From: an uncultured Chloroflexia bacterium
GTDB lineage: Bacteria; Chloroflexota; Anaerolineae; Anaerolineales; UBA11858
Direction: 5' to 3'
DNA length: 64,000 nt
NCBI GenBank assembly: GCA_963783765.1
Contig: CAWAOV010000002.1
Location: 18,927 to 82,926, forward strand
In this document: piece by piece, positions 10,081 through 18,665 of the stretch
How the letters are laid out: every line of letters starts with the position of its first letter
Numbering within the stretch: the first letter of the stretch is position 1
Program-made: the position numbers and the translations under genes
Notes under the pieces: generated by a model
The model's database searches: none
Seen by the model: only the letters and a program-made list of their open reading frames with translations
Told to the model about the DNA's origin: nothing

Positions 10081-10499
10081 TCTTTCTTGCCCCCGCTTTC
10101 CATAAATAAAGTCTGGGTAGGATAAGCAAACTCAATGTTTTCTTTTTCAAATCGCTGGTAGATTTCCAGGTTGATGGCCTGCTGAATGTCCAGGTAATCG
10201 GAATAATCTGGCAAAAGGACATTGTAGACGACATTAAAATCGAGCGAAAAATCACCCAGATTCTTAAAATGAGTCCGAGCAAATTCGGCATTTTCAAGAG
10301 GGGTGATGATATCTTCGATCATACCGGGAATCATCTTCAATTTTTCAACCGGGGTCCCATAGACCACACCGATCGTAAATGAAATCCTCCTTTTTTCCAT
10401 TCTCTTATAATTCCTGATCCTGCTGTTGAGCAAATCAGTGTTGGAAAAAATTAAGCTCTTCGCCGGAAAGACTTCTGATCCTGGTGCTTTTAAGGCCAA
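10077..10499 (-). CDS. Mechanosensitive channel (MscS family), C-terminal fragment
   Basis: From about 10447 downstream it reads LIFSNTDLLNSRIRNYKRMEKRRISFTIGVVYGTP..., the MscS beta-domain and C-terminal domain. Confidence 0.7.
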   Translation of the reverse strand: MALKAPGSEVFPAKSLIFSNTDLLNSRIRNYKRMEKRRISFTIGVVYGTPVEKLKMIPGMIEDIITPLENAEFARTHFKNLGDFSLDFNVVYNVLLPDYSDYLDIQQAINLEIYQRFEKENIEFAYPTQTLFMESGGKKD

Positions 10500-11142
10500 T
10501 ATCCTCTACATCACCCTCAAAATCATCCACCACCACAAAATCACCGATCACAAAGGGTTTGTCTAGTGCGATCGATAAAGAAGAAAATAAGTCTCCCAGG
10601 ATATTCTGCACTGCCAAAGCCACAGCGATGCCGCCTATTCCCAGGCTGGTGACCAAAGTGCTGATCTCCACATTCAGGTTATCCAGAATGATCAAAGTCA
10701 GAATGACCCAGAGTGCGATCTTTGCGATTAAACCCAATGCATCAAGCGTTGTTGCGTCATCTGCTTGATCTTCCTCGATCTTGGAAGCTACGCCACGTTG
10801 AATATAAAGCGAGATTATGCCAGTGCCCCACAATCCCACCTGCAGCACCAAAACCAGGCGAAGGATCCTTATAAACCAAAATTGGACATCTTCAGGCAGG
10901 GTGATAAAAAGTGATCCCACAAAGAGTCCCACAGCCAGGAGGGAAAACCAGCGGGTTTGGGACATGAGAGGGCTCAGGAAATCATCCAGAGAGATTTTTG
11001 ACTGTGTCACCAGCTTATCCAGCCGATGTTTGAAGATCTTCTTCAGGATCACCAGCAGCAGGAATGACCCCAGCGTTAAACCCAGGGCTATCAACCAGGA
11101 CTGGACCGAATTATCAAGGATCTCATATTTTAATATATTCAT
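10435..11142 (-). CDS. Mechanosensitive channel (MscS family), N-terminal fragment
   Basis: TM helices, then GDFVVVDDFEGDVEDIGLKSTRIRSLSGEE, then an out-of-frame tail LNFFQH*. Confidence 0.7.
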   Translation of the reverse strand: MNILKYEILDNSVQSWLIALGLTLGSFLLLVILKKIFKHRLDKLVTQSKISLDDFLSPLMSQTRWFSLLAVGLFVGSLFITLPEDVQFWFIRILRLVLVLQVGLWGTGIISLYIQRGVASKIEEDQADDATTLDALGLIAKIALWVILTLIILDNLNVEISTLVTSLGIGGIAVALAVQNILGDLFSSLSIALDKPFVIGDFVVVDDFEGDVEDIGLKSTRIRSLSGEELNFFQH

Positions 11143-11207
11143 AATAACTTTCCTTCCAGATAAATAAATATCCGAAACATTATTCCATTTTATTTATTTA
11201 TTTCTTC

Positions 11208-11507
11208 TTACCTGCTCCGGTTTTCTTTCATCCAGCCCACTCCGAAATCAACCAATTCACGTTGAGGAATCAACAGGGAATCAGCCCTGCCGATCTTGCC
11301 TTGATAGAATGATCCACCAGCTTCTTGATAAGCTTGACCCAGATCACCAAAATCATCACTGGTATCCTGCCAATCATGAATCTCAATCCATTCACGCTTG
11401 CCTTCCTTAAGGATTGGCCCTCCTTGTTTGATCTCTTTTTTACCATTAAAGTCCGAGCGGTGTTCCGCCAGGTGCAGGCTGGTATTGTTATTATGCCCAA
11501 CACCTAA
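11208..11507 (-). CDS. Aminoglycoside 3-N-acetyltransferase (AAC(3) family), C-terminal fragment (not in ORF track)
   Basis: Manual translation of exactly 100 codons to a TAA at 11208-11210: LGVGHNNNTSLHLAEHRSDFNGKKEIKQGGPILKEGKREWIEIHDWQDTSDDFGDLGQAYQEAGGSFYQGKIGRADSLLIPQRELVDFGVGWMKENRSR*. Confidence 0.7.
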   Translation of the reverse strand, partial: LGVGHNNNTSLHLAEHRSDFNGKKEIKQGGPILKEGKREWIEIHDWQDTSDDFGDLGQAYQEAGGSFYQGKIGRADSLLIPQRELVDFGVGWMKENRSR

Positions 11508-12039
11508 TTAACAGGATCCAGCCTTCCAGATCATATATCCTGGCCAGGGGTGATCCTTCCCCCAGGCCAAAATCCAGGGAATGGTTAGCCGTTATCAGAG
11601 AGGCAAATTTTCCCCTGGCAGCAAATGACATATGGGGATGATCGCTTCTAAGGACATCCCGCTGGCTGCGAAATGATTCAGGAATCCTGCCCATACCCCT
11701 GGTAGGTGTGATCTCCGGGTCGTAGGCAGGCATAGTCTGGCGGATGATTTCCTTCCATTCCTGGGGCACCGGGGGGTTGGACCATTCTTCCGGATCCGAA
11801 AGATCACCTGAATGGGTTGGCATCACCAGCGTGCCTTCAAGGCCCAGCACTTCTTCCAGGGCCAGGATCACCGCAACAGCCCCACCACTTACCCAGCCCA
11901 ATTTACTGAGGGATGAATGCACAAGTAGAACCATGCCCGGTTTCACACCGATTTCAACCAGATCTTTTTTAATCGACTCTACTGTTACAGGGCCGCCTAT
12001 GGTGTTTTTTATCACATCCGCTTCACTCATAATCCTCAC
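11491..12039 (-). CDS. Aminoglycoside 3-N-acetyltransferase (AAC(3) family), N-terminal fragment
   Basis: LLVHSSLSKLGWVSGGAVAVILAL...GTLVMPTHSGDLSDP...DHPHMSFAARG. Ends in the out-of-frame tail IRCWA*. Confidence 0.75.
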   Translation of the reverse strand: MRIMSEADVIKNTIGGPVTVESIKKDLVEIGVKPGMVLLVHSSLSKLGWVSGGAVAVILALEEVLGLEGTLVMPTHSGDLSDPEEWSNPPVPQEWKEIIRQTMPAYDPEITPTRGMGRIPESFRSQRDVLRSDHPHMSFAARGKFASLITANHSLDFGLGEGSPLARIYDLEGWILLIRCWA

Positions 12040-12154
12040 CTAAATACGAAATCATCATACCAGATTTAGACCATTCCAACCCCGAAAAACCACATGCTGA
12101 TCCTATGGTAAGATAACATCGTCAATCTTCAATTTAATCATTCAATACTTACCT

Positions 12155-12883
12155 ATGGATATTTCAACAACAACCCTGCTGGTAATGGGAACACTTTTCC
12201 TATCTACTTTTATCAGATCTGCCCTGGGTTTCGGCGATGCATTGGTGGCCATGCCAATTTTGGCTATTATCATCGGGGTGCAAGCAGCCACTCCCCTGAC
12301 TGCAATGGGAGCGACCACTATCGCCATTACCATTCTGATCAAGGCCTGGAAAAAGGTAGATATCAAGGCTGCCTGGAGGTTAGTGATAACCACCTGGATC
12401 GGTATACCGCTAGGCATATATTTTCTAAAAGCTGCCCCCGAGCTGGTTGTTAAATCACTTTTGGGAATAACCATTACTGGTTTTGGTTTATATAATCTAT
12501 TTGTGGCAAACCTGCCCCACCTGTTGAATGAAAATTGGGCTTATTTGACCGGGATCATTGCTGGCATCCTGGGTGGCGCCTATAACACTAACGGACCACC
12601 TGTAGTGATCTACGGCATGTTGAGAAGGTGGGATCCAGAAAAGTTTCGGGCTACCCTCCAGGGATATTTTCTGCCCACCGGCCTGGCTATCCTGATATCT
12701 CATGGCCTGGCGGGAATGTGGACCGATCAGGTTATCCAGCTGTACCTTTACAGCATCCCCGTGATCATTGCGGCAGTACTGATTGGCGGCAAGGTGAACC
12801 AGCTTATTCCCCAGGGAAAATTCGACAAGATCATTTATGGGTTTTTGGTTGTAGTTGGGATTTTGTTAATAGTCAGGGGATAG
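12155..12883 (+). CDS. TauE/SafE (TSUP) family anion exporter membrane protein
   Basis: About 8 TM helices; GFGDALVAMPILA and a second-half GGAYNTNGPP repeat. Confidence 0.8.
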   Translation: MDISTTTLLVMGTLFLSTFIRSALGFGDALVAMPILAIIIGVQAATPLTAMGATTIAITILIKAWKKVDIKAAWRLVITTWIGIPLGIYFLKAAPELVVKSLLGITITGFGLYNLFVANLPHLLNENWAYLTGIIAGILGGAYNTNGPPVVIYGMLRRWDPEKFRATLQGYFLPTGLAILISHGLAGMWTDQVIQLYLYSIPVIIAAVLIGGKVNQLIPQGKFDKIIYGFLVVVGILLIVRG

Positions 12884-12899
12884 ATTATCAGATTAATAG

Positions 12900-12942
12900 A
12901 AAAAAGTTCCAGCGGCAAGTATCTAGCGCTGGAACTTTTTTT
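12900..12942. terminator. Bidirectional intrinsic terminator between convergent genes
   Basis: A-run, 10-bp stem AGTTCCAGCG/CGCTGGAACT, T-run. Confidence 0.7.
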
Positions 12943-12972
12943 ATACATTTTTGGTCTTGCTGGCCGGCTTGA

Positions 12973-13716
12973 TCAATGCTGCAAGATCTGCGACAGGAAT
13001 AGTTTAGTCCGGTCTTCCTGGGGATTCTTGTAAATCTCATCCGGTGTACCTGTCTCAACGATCTGACCCTCATCAAAGAAATACATCCTGTCGGCAACTT
13101 CCCGGGCAAAACCCATTTCATGGGTCACAACGATCATGGTCATGCCTGATTTTGCCAGATCGATCATGGCATCCAGCACTTCTTTGATCATTTCCGGATC
13201 CAGGGCAGAAGTGGGCTCATCAAAAAGCATGATCTTGGGTTCCATAGCCAAAGCTCTGGCGATAGCTACCCGCTGCTGTTGACCCCCGGACAGGTTGCCG
13301 GGATATTTTTGAGCCTGTTCAGGAATGCCTACCAGTTCGAGTAATTCCATCGCTTTTTCTTCCGCTTTATTTTTCGGCCAGTTGCGAACCCAAATCGGCG
13401 CCAGGGTGATGTTCTGGATCACAGATAGATGGGGGAATAAATTAAATTGCTGAAAAACCATCCCGGTTTCCGTGCGAATCATCTCAATGTTGCGAACATC
13501 ATGAGAAAGCTCGATGCCGTCAACAAAAATATCTCCCTGCTGATGTTCCTCAAGGCGGTTAATGGTCCGAATAAAGGTTGATTTGCCGGAGCCAGATGGT
13601 CCAAAGACGACGATAACTTCGCCTTCATAAACATCCATATCGATGCCTTTTAAAGCTTGAAAATCTCCAAACCATTTATGCACACCACGACATTTAATGA
13701 TGGGTTGTTTTTCCAT
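12973..13716 (-). CDS. aapP: Amino-acid ABC transporter ATP-binding protein
   Basis: [34 protein letters not shown]; GlnQ/AapP-type, 247 aa. The symbol is assigned by analogy of gene order (J-Q-M-P). Confidence 0.85.
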   Translation of the reverse strand: MEKQPIIKCRGVHKWFGDFQALKGIDMDVYEGEVIVVFGPSGSGKSTFIRTINRLEEHQQGDIFVDGIELSHDVRNIEMIRTETGMVFQQFNLFPHLSVIQNITLAPIWVRNWPKNKAEEKAMELLELVGIPEQAQKYPGNLSGGQQQRVAIARALAMEPKIMLFDEPTSALDPEMIKEVLDAMIDLAKSGMTMIVVTHEMGFAREVADRMYFFDEGQIVETGTPDEIYKNPQEDRTKLFLSQILQH

Positions 13717-13727
13717 AATAAACTCTC

Positions 13728-14945
13728 CTACAGATTACTCTCGACTCCCAGGGCGGTTTCGATCCGCCGGCTGGCAAGGGACATTAAATAACTGAAGATC
13801 CAGTAGACAACGGCCATGAATATATACACTTCTGTGCGCATCTGCACAAATTCTGGATCGGAATTGATGATTGAGCGGCCGATTCCCAGGAAATCATTGA
13901 TCCCGATGATCACCACCAAAGTTGTATCCTTAAACAAGGAAATGAACTGACCAACAATTGCCGGAAGCACTGCCCTCAATGCCTGGGGTAGAACAATAAA
14001 TACAGTGGTTTTGAAATTCCCCATACCCAGCGCTTTGGCGGCTTCAATTTGTCCCAGGGGAACCGACTGCAGTCCTCCCCGAACATTCTCAGCAGAATAA
14101 GCTGCGCTGAACACAGTCACCGCCATCAAGGCCCGGACCAGGCGGTCGATGCGGGATTCTGCCGGCAGGAATAACGCCAGGATAATTGAGAACATGAACA
14201 GAATCGTTACCAGGGGGACGCCGCGGATAACTTCGATAAAAACTGTTGAGAAAGCGCTCACAACAGGAAGGGAGGAGCGCCTCCCAAAAGCCAGTGCCAC
14301 TCCCAACGGGAAGGATAAGACAATACCACCCGCAGCCAGCAGGAAAGTTACCAGCAGACCTCCCCATAATGTAGTCTGTACGGCAGGAAGTCGGGTGCTA
14401 TTTCCAAACCCTGCCAGCAAAACAATGCCGACAATCGGGATTAAAAACCAGAAGATGATGATCAGGTAATCTTTGACCGCTGTTTTTTTACCGATCAAGA
14501 AGCCAATCAATCCAATCAATAAATTCCCACCCAGGTACAAACGCATCTGGACGGTCAAAGCAGGATGCTGAACCGGGAGGACCGCGATCAACACCAGGAA
14601 TCCGATAACTCCCAAAGCAATCGTCCTCAGCAACCCTCCCCATCTGCCCCAGCTGACTCCCAGCATAAATACCAGTCCGGAAAAGATAGCACCAACGCGC
14701 CAGATCTGATCACGGGGATACTGACCAACTGCGTAAAGAAGGGGAAATTCTGACACTGCCCGCCAATTCGCTCCCGTAAAAACCCAATTCAGGAGCAAAT
14801 AGATCAGGTAGAGAATTGCAGGAAATAATATGATGGTTAAAATTGAGTTGAATATACCGTTGAAAAGGTTATCACGGATCCATTTTAACAGTCCCGGGGG
14901 TTGGGGAGGCCGAATTATATCCTGTTCGAGTTCTTTGATAGCCAT
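13728..14945 (-). CDS. aapM: Amino-acid ABC transporter permease (AapM/YhdY-like)
   Basis: 405 aa polytopic protein with EAA-type loop IEAAKALGM; second permease of the operon. Confidence 0.8.
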   Translation of the reverse strand: MAIKELEQDIIRPPQPPGLLKWIRDNLFNGIFNSILTIILFPAILYLIYLLLNWVFTGANWRAVSEFPLLYAVGQYPRDQIWRVGAIFSGLVFMLGVSWGRWGGLLRTIALGVIGFLVLIAVLPVQHPALTVQMRLYLGGNLLIGLIGFLIGKKTAVKDYLIIIFWFLIPIVGIVLLAGFGNSTRLPAVQTTLWGGLLVTFLLAAGGIVLSFPLGVALAFGRRSSLPVVSAFSTVFIEVIRGVPLVTILFMFSIILALFLPAESRIDRLVRALMAVTVFSAAYSAENVRGGLQSVPLGQIEAAKALGMGNFKTTVFIVLPQALRAVLPAIVGQFISLFKDTTLVVIIGINDFLGIGRSIINSDPEFVQMRTEVYIFMAVVYWIFSYLMSLASRRIETALGVESNL

Positions 14946-14947
14946 AA

Positions 14948-16138
14948 TTACCTCACCACAAATTGGATCCGACGGTTATATAAATTCAGAATAAATGAGG
15001 TTAATAAACTGAGGATCAAGTATGTCCCCATAATTAATGCAAAAACCGGGACTGCCCTTCCGGCCTGGTTGATGGCGATCTTTCCCACAGCGAATACTTC
15101 CTGGAATCCTATAGCAAGCGCCAGGCTGGAGTTTTTGGTCAGGTTAAGGAATTGGCTGATCATGGGGGGGATGATTATCCGCAGAGCCTGGGGCATTACA
15201 ACCAGGCTGAGAACCTGGGTTTTGTTCAGTCCGATAGCCTTGGCAGCTTCGATCTGCCCTTTACTGACAGCCTGGATGCCGCCCCTGACAACTTCAGCGA
15301 TAAAGGCAGCCGTGTACAGGCTTAGGCTGAGGAACATACCGGCGAACTCCGGGGTTAGTCTCAATCCTCCCTGGAAATTGAAACCCTCCAGGGAAGGGAC
15401 ATCGATCTTAAAGGGGGATCCACCTGACAGGAACCAACCAGCCACAGCAAATACAATCACCAATAAAAAGCTCACTGGAAGGTAGTATGTGTTCTTCCCT
15501 GTATTTTTTCGGATTCCGCGAAGAATTATAAAAACAATGATGGCTGCCAGAATACCTATTACAGATAAAATAACAAAGGTCGAACCACTTTCTGTTAACC
15601 GCGGCCAGGCAAGATAAATTCCTCTATTATTGATAAAGATAGGACCCGGCCAGACCAAACTTTCCTTGACAGGTGGCACAAATCCAAAAACAACAAAATA
15701 CCAGATGAATAACAAGACCAGTAAAGGAATATTGCGGTGGAATTCAATGAACACCAGTGCGATCCGGCTTAACAGCCAGTTAGAAGACAGCCTGGCCAGG
15801 GCAACCAGTGTACCAACGATAGTCGCGGTGATGATGCCCACACCGGATATCAATAAAGTATTCATAAGTCCTGTCAAAAAAGCCCTGCCGAAAGACATGC
15901 TGGGCTCATAATCTATAGGTGGATTGCTGATTGGAAAACCGGCTGCTTCTTTTAGAAAAGAAAAACTCAGATTCATATTCCTGGCATCAGCCGCTTTGAG
16001 GAAATTTATAACAGCCCAGATCAAAATACCTATGATTATCAGAGAAGATATTATTTGAGCAGTAATCTGCAGCACTCTTTCATCCCTGTAAAACGGGATG
16101 GCGCTAGTATCATTTGTACGAGATTGTTGAGAAGCCAT
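14948..16138 (-). CDS. aapQ: Amino-acid ABC transporter permease (AapQ/YhdX-like)
   Basis: 396 aa polytopic protein with IEAAKAIGL loop. Confidence 0.8.
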   Translation of the reverse strand: MASQQSRTNDTSAIPFYRDERVLQITAQIISSLIIIGILIWAVINFLKAADARNMNLSFSFLKEAAGFPISNPPIDYEPSMSFGRAFLTGLMNTLLISGVGIITATIVGTLVALARLSSNWLLSRIALVFIEFHRNIPLLVLLFIWYFVVFGFVPPVKESLVWPGPIFINNRGIYLAWPRLTESGSTFVILSVIGILAAIIVFIILRGIRKNTGKNTYYLPVSFLLVIVFAVAGWFLSGGSPFKIDVPSLEGFNFQGGLRLTPEFAGMFLSLSLYTAAFIAEVVRGGIQAVSKGQIEAAKAIGLNKTQVLSLVVMPQALRIIIPPMISQFLNLTKNSSLALAIGFQEVFAVGKIAINQAGRAVPVFALIMGTYLILSLLTSFILNLYNRRIQFVVR

Positions 16139-16158
16139 ACTGGTATCCCAGGTCTAGA

Positions 16159-16184
16159 AAGGATGCGGCCTAAGCCGCATCCTT
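16159..16184 (-). other. Intercistronic stem-loop between the binding-protein and permease genes
   Basis: 11-bp perfect stem AAGGATGCGGC/GCCGCATCCTT with a 4-nt loop and no strong T-run. Consistent with a partial terminator or mRNA stabiliser. Confidence 0.5.
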
Positions 16185-16206
16185 AATCTAATTGATTCTT
16201 GTTTCG

Positions 16207-17337
16207 TTATTTGATAGGTGGGGCGTAGATCAAACCATTCTCACTCCAAAGGTTATTTGGACCACGCGGCAAGGTGAAAGAAATACCTTCCGGACCCATA
16301 TAGCGGTCATAGATCTCACCATAGTTTCCAACAGCTGCAATGGCGTTGGCTAAAGCATCTGGTGCAAGACCAAGGTCAGAATAACCCCAGTCACCCTCAA
16401 GACCCAACAGGCGGAGGACATTGATGTTATCACTGCTCTTCATGTCTTCAACATTGGCCTGGGTAACACCCAGTTCCTCAGCGTTGATCAATGCAAAGGA
16501 TACCAATTTGACAATATCGAACCAGGCATCATCACCGTGGGGAACGGCAGGTGTAAGAGGTTCTTTAGAGATGGTTATGTCAAGGATGATGTGTGCGTCC
16601 GGATCGGCAAAACCACTCCGTACAGAAGCCAGCTGAGATTTATCACTGGTGGTGATATCGCAGCGGCCATCTTCATAAGCCCCGTATACTGCCGGGGTCT
16701 CCTCGAAGATCACGGCTTCATATTCCATTCCATTCTGGCGGAAGAAGTCTGACAGGTTCTGCTCAGTTGTCGTGCCACTGGTAACACAAACTGTCGCACC
16801 ATCAAACTCATCTGTGGATGTGATCCCACTATCAATGCGGATCATAAATCCCTGGCCGTCATAGAACATGACGTTTGTAAAGTTTCCCCATTGGGCATCC
16901 CGGCTTGAAGTCCAGGTGACATTGCGGGAAAGGATATCCACTTCAGCGGTCTGCAAAGCAGGTCCTCGGTCGGCAGCAGTCAGAGGAACCACTTCAACGG
17001 CTTCGGGGTCACCAAATACCGCAGCTGCAACTGCACGGCAGAAGTCAATATCAAAACCGATATTCTTCCCATCATCGGTTAGCATACCAAATCCAGCAAG
17101 GTCAGTTCTGCCGCCGCAAACAACGTATCCACGGTCAAGAACTCGGGCAAGAATTCCTTCAACGGCTGGGGCAGCTGCAGCCGGTTCAGCACCTTCGGCA
17201 GGAACTTCAACCTCAACAATTACCGTTTCGACAACCGTCTGAACTTCACCGGCTGGTGCAGGTGTCCCACCACAAGCGGATAGGACAAGCACAAGAACAA
17301 TCAATAGCGCAAAAATAGGGGTAAATCTCTTATACAT
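16207..17337 (-). CDS. aapJ: General amino-acid ABC transporter substrate-binding lipoprotein
   Basis: Lipobox LSACGG; SBP family-3-like body (VCGG...GF, DFCRAVAAA, TWTSSRD). Confidence 0.8.
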   Translation of the reverse strand: MYKRFTPIFALLIVLVLVLSACGGTPAPAGEVQTVVETVIVEVEVPAEGAEPAAAAPAVEGILARVLDRGYVVCGGRTDLAGFGMLTDDGKNIGFDIDFCRAVAAAVFGDPEAVEVVPLTAADRGPALQTAEVDILSRNVTWTSSRDAQWGNFTNVMFYDGQGFMIRIDSGITSTDEFDGATVCVTSGTTTEQNLSDFFRQNGMEYEAVIFEETPAVYGAYEDGRCDITTSDKSQLASVRSGFADPDAHIILDITISKEPLTPAVPHGDDAWFDIVKLVSFALINAEELGVTQANVEDMKSSDNINVLRLLGLEGDWGYSDLGLAPDALANAIAAVGNYGEIYDRYMGPEGISFTLPRGPNNLWSENGLIYAPPIK

Positions 17338-17582
17338 AATTCTCTCCTTTGGCGTTTGAAAATTAGGTATTTTTAATGGTGGATTTTAAATTCCGATAGA
17401 ACCTCCTCTTTAAAATGGTGGGTTAGTGATGGTTATTCAATTGTTGTCTCGATTGAGAGAAACGTATTCGTATCATATCTCAAGCCGCCGCAAAATAAAA
17501 GACCGAACATTGTGAATTGGATTACATACTTTTTTTCACAGGTGTATTACATCAATATAGCTGTATGGTATAAAAGATTACT

Positions 17583-18485
17583 ATGGAGGAAAGCAGAACA
17601 TTCTACCCCCCCAAAGAATTAGGTACAATCATTCACTTGCTGCTGATGGTGATATTTTCAGCTGCCGGGGTGTGGGGGATATGGGGCGTTTCAAATGTCG
17701 AAGTTGCACCCGAATTATTACCCTACATAGCCCTGATCATACTGTTTTTGGCCACTGTCCCCTTTTTTATTTACAGGCTCTACGCCCTGCACCGCTCCGC
17801 CTACACCCTGGAAAGAGGGGGGATCAGATTGGATTGGGGCTGGCGATCAGAAAGTCTACCAATGGAACAGGTGAATTGGGTCTACAAAGTAGAAGATCTG
17901 GAAACCGCGCCCCAACTCCCGTTTCTTCACTGGCCGGGGGCTGTTACTGGGGTCCGGCGTTTTCAACGCGGCCCAGAAGTTGAATACCTGGCCTCAAGAT
18001 CAAAAAAGTTGGTGATCATCTCTGCGGGGGAAAGATATTACGCGGTCTCACCAAGCCGTGTCAATGATTTTATCTCTACCTATAATGAACTCACTGAACT
18101 GGGTGCCATCAGTTCTATGCCGGAAGACTCCGTCCAGCCAGCATTAATACTGACTGATATCTTTAAGATCAAACCCATCCTCTGGACCTTGGTCGGTGGA
18201 GGTTTGTTAAACATCAGCTTGTTAATCTGGACGTTATTGATCATCCCCTCCAGAGAACTGGTGTCCCTGGGTTTTACAGCCTACGGCGTACCGCATCAAG
18301 GCCTGGACAGTGTTAGACTGGTTCTATTCCCGATCATCAATACCACAGCATACCTGGCAAATCTGATCTTGGGTATATTTTTGTTCCGGAATCAGGAAAA
18401 CCGGGTTTTGGCTTATATACTATGGGGTGGCAGTGTGTTGGTGGCGATCCTTTTCCACGTCGGCATGATATTTATCCTCATCTGA
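17583..18485 (+). CDS. Membrane protein with bacterial PH-like (YdbT/bPH_2-like) domains
   Basis: Two N-terminal TM helices, YTLERGGIRLDWGW...LPMEQVNWV, then three C-terminal TM helices. The family assignment is tentative. Confidence 0.4.
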   Translation: MEESRTFYPPKELGTIIHLLLMVIFSAAGVWGIWGVSNVEVAPELLPYIALIILFLATVPFFIYRLYALHRSAYTLERGGIRLDWGWRSESLPMEQVNWVYKVEDLETAPQLPFLHWPGAVTGVRRFQRGPEVEYLASRSKKLVIISAGERYYAVSPSRVNDFISTYNELTELGAISSMPEDSVQPALILTDIFKIKPILWTLVGGGLLNISLLIWTLLIIPSRELVSLGFTAYGVPHQGLDSVRLVLFPIINTTAYLANLILGIFLFRNQENRVLAYILWGGSVLVAILFHVGMIFILI

Positions 18486-18493
18486 TCCCCAGA

Positions 18494-18555
18494 ATATCCA
18501 CGGCTTTTTTCAGTTATCCACAACAAATCAGACTTTATCCCCAGATTTATCCAGA
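18494..18555 (+). promoter_or_regulatory. Cluster of four same-orientation DnaA-box-like 9-mers
   Basis: ATATCCACG (18494), TTATCCACA (18514, perfect consensus), TTATCCCCA (18535), TTATCCAGA (18547). Spacing is 20, 21 and 12 bp, in the leader of the SLC13 gene. Confidence 0.35.
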
Positions 18556-18665
18556 GATATTTCCGATACTGGAGAATAGGATATTTGATACTATTAATCT
18601 CAATACCCTTTCCAGGAAAGATTTGGTACACTAGGCAAACGACTATCATTATCGAGTGCAAAAAA

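Noticed and set aside
18494-18555. Chromosomal replication origin (oriC)
   Set aside because: There are only four boxes, no adjacent dnaA/dnaN and no clear AT-rich 13-mer unwinding element. It is kept only as a DnaA-box cluster of uncertain role.
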